In this document: positions 7,875 through 16,431 of the stretch, in pieces
How positions within the stretch are numbered: position 1 is the first letter of the stretch
Layout: the number at the start of each line of letters is the position of its first letter
IMG/VR virus record: IMGVR_UViG_3300005613_000266
Span: 1 to 31,931 of that record
Source of the DNA: a virus
Taxonomy: Duplodnaviria; Caudoviricetes
Length of the DNA: 31,931 nt
Direction: 5' to 3' (one strand)
The notes under the pieces: model-generated
Seen by the model: the letters and a program-made list of their open reading frames with translations, nothing else
Databases searched by the model: none
Told to the model about the DNA's origin: nothing
Made by a program: the position numbers and the translations under genes

Positions 7875-8618
7875 ATGAAGATCATGTGGCCATGTGACCG
7901 CAATAATGTTTGGATCACAGATGATTGGTCGGAACACTTGCAGCGTCCAGGCTACAATCGGGCGTATGCAGGCACGGATTTGGCGGGTCCAGAGCAGCCA
8001 TTGAATCCATCGCAGTACAACGGTAAAGTGCTGCAAGCGATGTGGTCGAATGTCGGCTACGGCTACACCACATTTGTTGAACATTACGATCCATCGGGGA
8101 AAGCAGTACTGCGGATCAGGAACGCACACCAAAAAAATCTAGCCGTATCAACTGGAGATATTGTCCAGCCTGGCGATTTACTGGGAACAATGGACAGCAC
8201 GGGAAATTCCACTGGCACGCATACACATTGGGAAGTATGGCTGGTCATCAATGGACAGTGGCAGAATATTGATCCATTGGATCCGAAATTCGGGGTAACG
8301 ATTGTTGGTGATGAAGCGGCGTTGGAGCCGTTGGATGGCAGTGAGCCACCGGAGGTACCTGTGTTTGAAGTTCCAGAGGTTGAGTTTGTACAATGCAAGA
8401 ATATCATTCGATATCCGATTAATTTGAGATCGGCGCCGTTTGTTAGCGCTGGGGCACGTATATTGGGCAGTGTGACACCTGGCAGCGTTTGGGATTACTG
8501 CGGGCACAAGGTCGATGTACTCGGTAATACATGGTTTGCTCTACGCAGTGGAGATAAGCTGGGCTGGGCGGCTGCACACTACAACGGGGCTGATTGGATT
8601 GTACCGATAGAGGAATAA
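7875..8618 (+). CDS. M23 peptidase + SH3-like endolysin, paralog B (247 aa)
   Basis: Same motifs as 2939..3682; AAGGAG RBS; next to the holin. Confidence 0.88.
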   Translation: MKIMWPCDRNNVWITDDWSEHLQRPGYNRAYAGTDLAGPEQPLNPSQYNGKVLQAMWSNVGYGYTTFVEHYDPSGKAVLRIRNAHQKNLAVSTGDIVQPGDLLGTMDSTGNSTGTHTHWEVWLVINGQWQNIDPLDPKFGVTIVGDEAALEPLDGSEPPEVPVFEVPEVEFVQCKNIIRYPINLRSAPFVSAGARILGSVTPGSVWDYCGHKVDVLGNTWFALRSGDKLGWAAAHYNGADWIVPIEE

Positions 8619-8667
8619 TGTCAGATACTACCGAGCCAATAACTCTGGAATACAGGGAGGTATAGCA

Positions 8668-9039
8668 ATGCCAGTATACGGAAACGCCAAAGGGAAATTG
8701 ATAACCGCGGATGACGTCATCAAGGCAATTGAGGATGCGCGCGGCTACGCATCCAAAGCCGCGGAACTGCTTGGCGTCGGGCGATCATCGTTCTATCGAT
8801 ATCTCCAGAAATTTACATCCGCACAGCAAGCGCTTGAGGACACACGCGAGAAACGTCACGACTACGTTGAAAACAAACTGATGAAATTGATCGATGAGGG
8901 CAATGTACCGGCGACTATATTCTATCTAAAAACTCAGTGCAAACACAGAGGCTATACCGAGCGGTACGAATACACCGGTGCGGACAACAAGCCCATAGAG
9001 ATCAAAACAATCGAGGTTATCAAGGACTATGGCACATGA
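8668..9039 (+). CDS. terS: terminase small subunit (HTH)
   Basis: AAELLGVGRSSFYRY HTH, ATIFYLKT..GY.E pattern, immediately upstream of the large subunit. Confidence 0.75.
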   Translation: MPVYGNAKGKLITADDVIKAIEDARGYASKAAELLGVGRSSFYRYLQKFTSAQQALEDTREKRHDYVENKLMKLIDEGNVPATIFYLKTQCKHRGYTERYEYTGADNKPIEIKTIEVIKDYGT

Positions 9040-10315
9040 CCTGGTTGAGATTGAGAACAACAAACTGCGGCTGCATCTTCACCCAGGACAAACGGCGGCG
9101 TGGGATGCAGATCAGCGGTTTGTTTTCGTTCTTGCGGGGACACAGAGCGGGAAAACTTCTTTTGGACCTTGGTGGTTAGAGCGTGAAATTAGGCGATGCG
9201 GTGATGGTGATTATTTGGCGGTAACTGCTACTTACGATCTATTCAAACTCAAAATGCTACCGGAGATGTTAACCGTGTTCGGTGGCTATCATCCAGGCTG
9301 GGAATACCACAAAACAGATCGTGTAATTCACAATGGCGACAAACGCATTATTTTGAGAGCCGCGACCAGCGAAGGCGGGTTGGAAAGTGCGACCGCTAAA
9401 GCCGCGTGGATTGACGAATGCGGGCAAGATGATTTTGGAATTGGCGCTTGGGAGGCAGTCTTGCGCAGATTATCACTAGAGCAGGGGCGCATATTAGGGA
9501 CAACGACGATTTACAATCTTGGGTGGTTATATACCGAGGTTTACAAACGTTGGACTGCGGGCGACCCAGATTATTTCATCAAGCAATTCGAGAGCATTAT
9601 GAATCCAGAATTCCCGAAAGAGGAATTCGAGCGCGCGCGGCGAACACTGCCAGCGTGGAAATTCGAGATGCAATATCGCGGGAATTTCTCCAGACCCGCG
9701 GGGATGATTTACGATGTATTCGATACTGAGAAACACGTTATAGCACCATTTACAATCCCAGATTGGTGGGCTCGATATGGTGGGATGGATTACGGAGGGG
9801 TGAATACGGCTGCGGTTTGCTATGCGGAAGATCCAGAGACAAAAGTATTGTACGCCATCAAAGAATACTTAGCGGGTGGCAAAACAGCGCGCGAACATGC
9901 GGAAGCATTGAAGCAATGGGGTTGCCGTCTGTGGGTTGGCGGCGCGCCGAGTGAAGATCAGTGGCGACTTGAATTTCAGCAAGCTGGACTGCCTGTGCGG
10001 GGACCAGAGATCAAAGAGGTTGAAGTTGGTATTGACCGGGTGTATGGCTGTCACAAGCGGGACGAAATCTATGTATTTGATACGTTGAGCCGCTATTTAG
10101 ACGAAAAGGGGCGCTATTCCAGGAAGCTGGACGACAGCGGTCAGCCGACGGAAGAGATCAAGGACAAAAACAGTTTTCACGTTATGGATGCGGAACGCTA
10201 TATTGTGGGATTCATTCGGGGGGGCTATACCGAGTTACCAGAGACACAGCCAACGATCCAAAGCAAGTGGGTTGATGATGATATCAGCGGAGAAAGCCGC
10301 TGGAAGAGGTATTGA
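9029..10315 (+). CDS. terL: terminase large subunit
   Basis: LHPGQ, Walker A AGTQSGKT, Walker B AWIDE, nuclease GMDYG...HVMDAERY. Confidence 0.93.
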   Translation: MAHDLVEIENNKLRLHLHPGQTAAWDADQRFVFVLAGTQSGKTSFGPWWLEREIRRCGDGDYLAVTATYDLFKLKMLPEMLTVFGGYHPGWEYHKTDRVIHNGDKRIILRAATSEGGLESATAKAAWIDECGQDDFGIGAWEAVLRRLSLEQGRILGTTTIYNLGWLYTEVYKRWTAGDPDYFIKQFESIMNPEFPKEEFERARRTLPAWKFEMQYRGNFSRPAGMIYDVFDTEKHVIAPFTIPDWWARYGGMDYGGVNTAAVCYAEDPETKVLYAIKEYLAGGKTAREHAEALKQWGCRLWVGGAPSEDQWRLEFQQAGLPVRGPEIKEVEVGIDRVYGCHKRDEIYVFDTLSRYLDEKGRYSRKLDDSGQPTEEIKDKNSFHVMDAERYIVGFIRGGYTELPETQPTIQSKWVDDDISGESRWKRY

Positions 10316-11709
10316 TTATGGCAGAACTAGGACGAACGGGACTGAGCGAGTGGTCAGGACAAATCCAGGAAGATTTTCTCAAGGAGCTTCACGGCAAGAA
10401 GGGATACAAAAAGTACAACGAAATGCGGATGAACTCTCCAGTCATCGGGGGAATGCTGCTGGCGATTGAGCAAGCGCTTCGAAAAATTACTTGGGATGTG
10501 ACCAGTGATGTTGAGGATGATCCGAGGATTGAGTTAGTCAATGATTCTTTGGAGAATATGAGCGCGTCGTTTAATGATCATATTACCGAGGCGTTGACGA
10601 TGCTGCCATTTGGATACTCGGTATTTGAGATTGTGTATGAGCGTATTGGTGCGCAAGTGTTGTGGCGTAAATTTGCCATTCGCGGGCAGGACACTGTATA
10701 TCAATGGCTGTTTGATAAGCAAGGTGGACTAGCGGGATTAGTACAAGTTGTCCAAACAAAGGCGTTTGATCCAGTGACGATCCCGATTGAGAAGCTGTTG
10801 TTGTACAGAACACGAGTTGAGAAAGGAAATCCCGAGGGTCGCTCAGTATTGCGCACAGCGTATATACCGTACTACTACTGGAAGAACATCAGCCAAATTG
10901 AAGCAATTGGGATTGAACGTGACTTGGCTGGACTGCCAATGATCAAATTACCGGTGAATGCGACCACAGACAGCGGATCGAGCAGCGACGCGAGCAAAGC
11001 CAATCAGTTAGTGCGCAATGTACGCAATGATGAACAGGCGGGGATTGTATTACCGAGCGACTGGGAGTTCGAGTTGGTATCAACGGGTGGTACACGTCAA
11101 TTTGACACAGATACAATTATTAGACGCTACGAAAGCCGCATGTTACTAAGCGGGCTTGCGCAGTTTCTGATGCTGGGACAAGACAAAGTGGGCTCATTGG
11201 CCTTATCTGAGGATCAAACAGATTTCTTCAATATGAGTGTGAATGCGACCGCGGATATCATCGCCGAGACGTTTACCAAATATGCAATACCGAGATTGTT
11301 GAAGCTCAATGGTATGGATGCGGATGGAATATCGTTACAACATACGCCGGCTGGCGATGTAGATATTATGGCAGTGGCAGACTTTTTGCAAAAGGTGGGT
11401 GCGAAGATCACATGGTTGCCGGAGGATGAAATCTGGCTACGCAGTTTGGCAAATCTCAATGATGTTGATACTGAACGGATTGAGGACGAACGCGAGCGCA
11501 ACGCTGAGCGAATGATGCAACTCAGACCGCAATTTCCGCAGCAACAGGATGATGACAATATGACTGCGCAATATTACCGAGCAACGCAGGGTAACAAGCC
11601 GCCGAATGATAATGAGCGGCGATTGAGTGAGAAACAGATCTATCGATTGGTAAATAGATTTTGGGAAGACCAGAAGAACAGAATACGACGTGGATTAAAG
11701 GAGACGTAA
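10312..11709 (+). CDS. portal protein (DUF935/Mu gp29-like)
   Basis: Follows terL; FGYSVFEIVY, NPEGRSVLR, GSLALSE motifs. Confidence 0.88.
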   Translation: MIMAELGRTGLSEWSGQIQEDFLKELHGKKGYKKYNEMRMNSPVIGGMLLAIEQALRKITWDVTSDVEDDPRIELVNDSLENMSASFNDHITEALTMLPFGYSVFEIVYERIGAQVLWRKFAIRGQDTVYQWLFDKQGGLAGLVQVVQTKAFDPVTIPIEKLLLYRTRVEKGNPEGRSVLRTAYIPYYYWKNISQIEAIGIERDLAGLPMIKLPVNATTDSGSSSDASKANQLVRNVRNDEQAGIVLPSDWEFELVSTGGTRQFDTDTIIRRYESRMLLSGLAQFLMLGQDKVGSLALSEDQTDFFNMSVNATADIIAETFTKYAIPRLLKLNGMDADGISLQHTPAGDVDIMAVADFLQKVGAKITWLPEDEIWLRSLANLNDVDTERIEDERERNAERMMQLRPQFPQQQDDDNMTAQYYRATQGNKPPNDNERRLSEKQIYRLVNRFWEDQKNRIRRGLKET

Positions 11710-11712
11710 AGG

Positions 11713-11793
11713 ATGACAAAGGTATTGGTAACAGGCAGCGAGGGATTAGTTGGAACGCCAACTGTTGATTTGTTAAAAATATCGGGATACTAA
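11713..11793 (+). pseudogene. 26-aa remnant of an NAD-dependent epimerase/dehydratase N-terminus
   Basis: MTKVLVTGSEGLVGTPTVDLLKISGY* contains the extended-SDR TGxxGxxG motif; TAATG-coupled to the next gene. Confidence 0.7.
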
Positions 11794-12413
11794 TGTATGA
11801 CAGCGTAGGCATTATCCCAGCAGCTGGTCGATCAGTGCGATTTGGAGGGTTATTGAAAGAGCTTCTTCCGGATCGCGACGGTGTGCCGTTGATAAAACGA
11901 ACAGTGCAGCAATTAGAACATGTGTGTACGGATATCGTGATTGTTACGAGTGAGTCAAAAATTACCGAGCATACAAAAGCGGTTGGTAACTGCGGTTGTC
12001 AGTTTCGAATACAGCGCCACGATACTGGACTATGGGGAGCGATATTGACAGCAATGGTTGTACCTGCGGAATATTACTATTTTATGATGCCTGACACGGT
12101 GGTTGAGGGAGAGTTTCCATATTACTTTAAAAACTTTGCCATGGGATTGCATCAAACAATGAAGCCGGAGCGATTTGGCGTTCTCCTCGGTGATCGGGTC
12201 GTCGATAAAGGCGCTGGAATTGATACACCTGCCAACGCATGGGGAACATTGGCATGGAGCGATACCGTAAAACGCAAATGGATGAATGAGAGCATAAACG
12301 ATCATACATTAGCAATCAATATGGCTATTCATAGTTATGGAGTGGAAATATTCCAATTGACTGAATACTATGACATGGCAAGTGTTGGAGATTATCGGGA
12401 GTATTTACGATGA
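11793..12413 (+). CDS. sugar-phosphate nucleotidyltransferase-like (RmlA/GalU fold)
   Basis: GIIPAAGRSVRFGG..KELLP, MPDT, RFGV, YYDMA. Confidence 0.8.
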   Translation: MYDSVGIIPAAGRSVRFGGLLKELLPDRDGVPLIKRTVQQLEHVCTDIVIVTSESKITEHTKAVGNCGCQFRIQRHDTGLWGAILTAMVVPAEYYYFMMPDTVVEGEFPYYFKNFAMGLHQTMKPERFGVLLGDRVVDKGAGIDTPANAWGTLAWSDTVKRKWMNESINDHTLAINMAIHSYGVEIFQLTEYYDMASVGDYREYLR

Positions 12414-13057
12414 CACCAGATCCGAGAGACCCATTGTTTTGGGACGAAGAACTAGCAAAAATGTTCAATCTGTTTGCTCCACGTGTAATTGGGTTATTGT
12501 TATCTGGTGGTCAGCAGGGTGTGGGTGAGTTGCCAGATGCAGCCGCGGTATTGATGAATTGGGATGTTTTCAATCAAAAGGCAATTGACTGGCTGCACAA
12601 CTACGGCGTAGGATGGCTGCGGGATATCAATGAGACCAGCCGAAATCAGGTTGTGAATGCAATTGACGATTTCATCAGGCAGGGTAAATCGATGCAGGCG
12701 TTGAAAAAAAACATTACTGAAATACTAGCGCCAACATACAGTAAAGCACGCGCAGAGATGTTAGCGGTTACCGAGGTAACGCGTATTTATGCGGAAGGGA
12801 ATCTGATGGCATGGAAATCAACAGGGGTAGTAACGAAGAAACGTTGGATGACAGCCAGAGATGAACGAGTGTGTCCAATTTGCGCGCCATTGGACGGAAT
12901 GATTGTTGATGTTGATAGCAATGGTTTTACTACTGAGGTTGGTGGATTAGGACTTAGTAGTCCTCCTGCTCATCCTAGGTGTAGATGTTGGCTAACGCCG
13001 GTAGTTGATGTTGCAGCAGCTGAGCGAAAGGTACGAGAGGCGATTGAAAACGCATGA
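12410..13057 (+). CDS. head morphogenesis / minor capsid protein (MuF, SPP1 gp7-like)
   Basis: RAEMLAVTE, KRWMTARDERVCPIC..LDG, PPAHPRCRC. Confidence 0.9.
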   Translation: MTPDPRDPLFWDEELAKMFNLFAPRVIGLLLSGGQQGVGELPDAAAVLMNWDVFNQKAIDWLHNYGVGWLRDINETSRNQVVNAIDDFIRQGKSMQALKKNITEILAPTYSKARAEMLAVTEVTRIYAEGNLMAWKSTGVVTKKRWMTARDERVCPICAPLDGMIVDVDSNGFTTEVGGLGLSSPPAHPRCRCWLTPVVDVAAAERKVREAIENA

Positions 13058-13533
13058 AAATTGAAGTTGAAGGGTTAGAGGAATTGCGAGCGCGATTTGC
13101 ACAATTTCCCAGACAATTCAATGCAGCGTTGCGCAGTACATTGATGGATTCGTTGAATGCCGTTTGGGAAAAAGTGTTGCCGTATCCGCCACGACCGGAA
13201 AGCAGCACGTATATAAGAACTGGTACACTCGGTAGATCGCTGGGCAGTTCCGAAAGCGGTGGACAAAGCGGCGGCAGACCAGGTATCTATCAGGTGAAAT
13301 CTCAAGGCACAAAGGCAATGTTCGGTGAATTCGGGACAAATCTTGAATACGCGCCATATGTCATTGGGGATAGGGAAACGGTTGAAGGCGAAAAGGGACA
13401 GACAAAAACTCATCGTAAGAATGGGTGGTGGACATTGACTGAGATTGGAGAGAGAGCGGTGCCAAAAATACAGCAGTTATTTGAAGGCATGGCGCGCCAA
13501 TTAGCACAGTGGTTGGATGGGCAGCGGCTATGA
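13054..13533 (+). CDS. HK97 gp10 / Mu gpG-like neck protein
   Basis: IEVEGLEEL, RTGTLGRS, GTNLEYAPYV. Confidence 0.75.
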   Translation: MKIEVEGLEELRARFAQFPRQFNAALRSTLMDSLNAVWEKVLPYPPRPESSTYIRTGTLGRSLGSSESGGQSGGRPGIYQVKSQGTKAMFGEFGTNLEYAPYVIGDRETVEGEKGQTKTHRKNGWWTLTEIGERAVPKIQQLFEGMARQLAQWLDGQRL

Positions 13534-13904
13534 ACGGTAGTAACGGTAATGGTAAAAATCATAGACGATATCATATTATTGAATATCGCTGTTATTCGTG
13601 TGGGCGATTGCTGTTTCGCTCGGTAATGAGTGAAGGGACAAAGATAGAAATTCGATGTCCAGGGTGCGGTATTATGAATGTGTTTCCAGTACCATCATAT
13701 AATAAGAATGATCCCAAACAGGTAAAAAAACGAGTTGAGGTAGAAGAAATCGATCCGAATGAATACAGTGCTAATGATTTTAGGAAATTAGTTACTCGAC
13801 TAGGTAATTTGCCCGATAATTTGATTAGTGATATGATTGTGATGGAACAGAACGGCAAAAACCGTTCAAGTGTTATGAAAGCAATTGCGCGCTTGCAAAA
13901 ATAG
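13530..13904 (+). CDS. Mu Com-family zinc-finger RNA-binding regulator with C-terminal helical extension
   Basis: EYRCYSCGRLLFR..KIEIRCPGCG matches the Com pattern RCxxCxxLL..IEIRCPxC; ATGA overlap start. Confidence 0.75.
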   Translation: MNGSNGNGKNHRRYHIIEYRCYSCGRLLFRSVMSEGTKIEIRCPGCGIMNVFPVPSYNKNDPKQVKKRVEVEEIDPNEYSANDFRKLVTRLGNLPDNLISDMIVMEQNGKNRSSVMKAIARLQK

Positions 13905-13931
13905 CAAGAATGTGCTAATATTATATATAAT
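13893..13931 (+). promoter_or_regulatory. candidate promoter for the capsid operon
   Basis: TTGCAA-17nt-TAATAT with TG, or the alternative TATAAT at 13926-13931. Confidence 0.45.
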
Positions 13932-13942
13932 TGAATAAGCCT

Positions 13943-14014
13943 GAGCGCCATTGAGCGCCTGTGCGAAACCTGTTTTTAGCTTCGGCTAAACTCTCGAGCG
14001 CCATTGAGCGCCTG
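13943..14014 (+). promoter_or_regulatory. two 19-nt direct repeats GAGCGCCATTGAGCGCCTG flanking a C(UUCG)G hairpin; putative Com-binding sites
   Basis: Exact copies at 13943-13961 and 13996-14014; tttagc-ttcg-gctaaa at 13975-13990. Confidence 0.75.
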
Positions 14015-14057
14015 GAAAGATCAACACATGTGGTTGGTTTATCCAGGTGCTTTTTTT
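14006..14057 (+). terminator. intrinsic terminator/attenuator in the capsid operon leader
   Basis: agcgcctgga...tccaggtgct stem extended by agatcaac/gttggttt, followed by T7. Confidence 0.75.
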
Positions 14058-14077
14058 GTTAATCAATTCGGAGGGTT

Positions 14078-15067
14078 ATGGATAGTATCTATTTGCTAGA
14101 TCAATATGTGACGACCAAGGCAGGGGAACCATTCCGGTTGTTTCCATTTGGGAAATTAGTTAAAAATGGAAAAGCGCGGGAGATCACAAGGGAATTAGCA
14201 AGCAAGTTCAAACTGCCGCATTTCAAGCCCGCTATCAAGCTGGGATCACATGAGGACGCAACGCCTGCGGGTGGTTTTATTACCGAGTTACAGGTGCGAG
14301 ACGATGGGTTATATGCGTTGCCGGAATGGAACGAGAAAGGCACACAGGCGACCGTAGATGGCGCGTATCGTTATCAATCGCCTGAGGTAATTTGGGAGGG
14401 TGGCGGATTAGAAGATCCAAATACAGGAAATGTTATTGAAGGACCGCTGGTGATCGGGGTGGCGCTGCTGCATACGCCACATCTAGGGAACGCAGCGGCG
14501 TTATATAGCGTGAGCGAAATATTGGAAAATCAGGAGGTACGTATGGAAACTGTACAGGTTCCACAAACGTTCTGGGATAAATTTATGAGCAAGTTCTTTA
14601 TTGAAAAAGAACCTGAACCAGAACAAGAACCGCAGAAAGTGGACGATCGGGCACAGGTTGAGAGATTCGAAGCATTAAAACAAGAACGCGATGAGTTGAG
14701 TGCGCGATTGCAAGCAATCGAGGCTGAGAAAGCAAAAGCCGATCTGCTAGATCACTACCGAGCGGAAATGAAAGAAACAAAGCTGGACGGCGATGATGAG
14801 ATTGTTGCCTTACTAGCTGGATTAGAGACTGAGGTTGCGGAGAAATTCGTGCAGCATTTCAAAGCATTATCAGCGCAAATTGACGATACAAAGATTCTGG
14901 ATGAGAAAGGCGCGGACGGCGGGGGCGTTGACGACGATCCGGTGAATGCTTTTGATGTGGCTGTAAGAGCATATGCTACTGAGAACAAAGTTGATTACAT
15001 TACTGCATTAGGCTCAGTTGCTCAAGCCCAACCCGAATTGTATCAAGCATATAAAGGAGGTAATTAG
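14078..15067 (+). CDS. prohead protease-scaffold fusion (Mu gpI-like)
   Basis: H...PAGGFI..L..RDDGLYA..EWN, YRYQSPE, GVALLHTP; C-terminal coiled coil. Confidence 0.85.
   Translation: MDSIYLLDQYVTTKAGEPFRLFPFGKLVKNGKAREITRELASKFKLPHFKPAIKLGSHEDATPAGGFITELQVRDDGLYALPEWNEKGTQATVDGAYRYQSPEVIWEGGGLEDPNTGNVIEGPLVIGVALLHTPHLGNAAALYSVSEILENQEVRMETVQVPQTFWDKFMSKFFIEKEPEPEQEPQKVDDRAQVERFEALKQERDELSARLQAIEAEKAKADLLDHYRAEMKETKLDGDDEIVALLAGLETEVAEKFVQHFKALSAQIDDTKILDEKGADGGGVDDDPVNAFDVAVRAYATENKVDYITALGSVAQAQPELYQAYKGGN
14543..15067 (+). CDS. nested in-frame scaffolding protein (Mu gpZ-like)
   Basis: CAGGAGGT RBS before the in-frame ATG 14543, at the protease/coiled-coil boundary. Confidence 0.6.
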   Translation: METVQVPQTFWDKFMSKFFIEKEPEPEQEPQKVDDRAQVERFEALKQERDELSARLQAIEAEKAKADLLDHYRAEMKETKLDGDDEIVALLAGLETEVAEKFVQHFKALSAQIDDTKILDEKGADGGGVDDDPVNAFDVAVRAYATENKVDYITALGSVAQAQPELYQAYKGGN

Positions 15068-15069
15068 AG

Positions 15070-15456
15070 ATGGCTATTTTCGCAAAATATGATTCCATCC
15101 CTGGATTAGTTGCAACAGCAACATTAGCATCGAAACAATATTATATAGTACAGGCGTCTAGCACCGCGGGCGAAGTGAAGCAGGCTGATACTGCTGCGAC
15201 GGATCCAATACTCGGTATTGTGCAAAACGATCCGGCAGCGGCTGAAATTGCGGATGTCGCATTCCAGGGAATTGCTAAAGCTGCGGCTGAAACTGGCGTA
15301 AGCTATGGAGACAGCTTGACCGTCTCTTCGACTGGTAGAGTTAAAACAACTACTACTGATGGCGATCGCATTGTAGGAATTGCATTACAGGCAACGACCG
15401 CAGCTGGGGACATTATCCCAGTATTAATGAGTTTACACGCTGGATATTGGGCGTAG
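15070..15456 (+). CDS. capsid decoration/cement protein (DUF2190-like)
   Basis: Ala/Thr/Gly-rich 128 aa with VGIALQA..AAGDIIPV, between scaffold and capsid. Confidence 0.75.
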   Translation: MAIFAKYDSIPGLVATATLASKQYYIVQASSTAGEVKQADTAATDPILGIVQNDPAAAEIADVAFQGIAKAAAETGVSYGDSLTVSSTGRVKTTTTDGDRIVGIALQATTAAGDIIPVLMSLHAGYWA

Positions 15457-15468
15457 TAGGAGGAAATT

Positions 15469-16419
15469 ATGAGTTTACCAACTGGAAAAGATGTTCAAGC
15501 TGTTGATCCTGTCTTGACCAATATGTTAGTGGCATATTATCAATCTCAGGATCGATTTGTTGCGGATCGCGCCTTTCCTGGCGTTCCTGTAGACAAAGAC
15601 AGCGGAACATATTACACATTCGATAAAAAGTATTTCATGACCGACGAGATGGAAGAGCGAGCCTATGGGGCTCAGTATGCGCGCGCGGGATTTGGCGTTA
15701 GTTCGACAACCTACACCACTATTCAGTATGCGCTCAGTAAGCCCATTGCAGATGAAGAGGAAGCAAATTCACAACTTCCAATGACGCTGGAACAGGCTGC
15801 TATCCGATTTCTCGGACTAAAGGCATTGATCAAGAAAGAACGTGAGTGGGCATCGGATTTCATGAAAACGTCTGTGTGGGATACGGATGACAATAACAGC
15901 ACTACGGATTGGGACGACTATTCAGGGTCTGATCCTGTGGGCGATGTACGCACTGCAAAGCGGACTATTTCTCAAAGCACTGGCTACACCCCCAATGTCA
16001 TGGTCATGGGTGAGATCGTTGAAGATGCGCTGGTCAATCATCCAGATTTGATCGATCGTATCAAATACACACAGATGGCAACATCTGGTAGTGTGCGCGG
16101 CGCGATGGCTGCATTATTCGGGCTGGAAGAGATCCTGGTCGGGATGGCAATCTACAACAGCGCTAACGAGGGACAGTCTGCATCTATGGGAGCGATCATT
16201 GACGACGACGCGCTGGTTATGTATCGCAACAATTCACCGAGTATCTTTGAGCCTTCTGCTGGGTATACGTTTCACTGGGCGCCTGGTGGTGGGTTAGGCG
16301 GGATCATGCCATTGGTGCGTGAGGCTGCTAACGACAGCGACCTAATCAGGCTCAAGATGCAATGGGACCAGAAAGCAGTTTGCACTGATGTGGGTTATTT
16401 CTTTGCAGACGTTGTATAA
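15469..16419 (+). CDS. major capsid protein (lambda gpE-like)
   Basis: DPVLTN..Y....FVADRAFP.VPV, W.D..SDPV.D, GY.PN.MVMG, GYFFADVV; strong RBS. Confidence 0.88.
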   Translation: MSLPTGKDVQAVDPVLTNMLVAYYQSQDRFVADRAFPGVPVDKDSGTYYTFDKKYFMTDEMEERAYGAQYARAGFGVSSTTYTTIQYALSKPIADEEEANSQLPMTLEQAAIRFLGLKALIKKEREWASDFMKTSVWDTDDNNSTTDWDDYSGSDPVGDVRTAKRTISQSTGYTPNVMVMGEIVEDALVNHPDLIDRIKYTQMATSGSVRGAMAALFGLEEILVGMAIYNSANEGQSASMGAIIDDDALVMYRNNSPSIFEPSAGYTFHWAPGGGLGGIMPLVREAANDSDLIRLKMQWDQKAVCTDVGYFFADVV

Positions 16420-16431
16420 GGAGGTGAACTG

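Noticed and set aside
2939-8618. Lysin duplication as an assembly artefact or terminal repeat
   Set aside because: The copies differ at many synonymous and non-synonymous positions and their flanks are unrelated.
11560-11709. Separate small gene or MuF N-terminal remnant at the portal C-terminus
   Set aside because: In frame with the portal and only a weak RBS; cannot be distinguished from a simple C-terminal extension.
13943-14014. Direct repeats as a mini CRISPR array
   Set aside because: Only two 19-nt copies, no cas genes, and better explained as Com-type sites in a leader.
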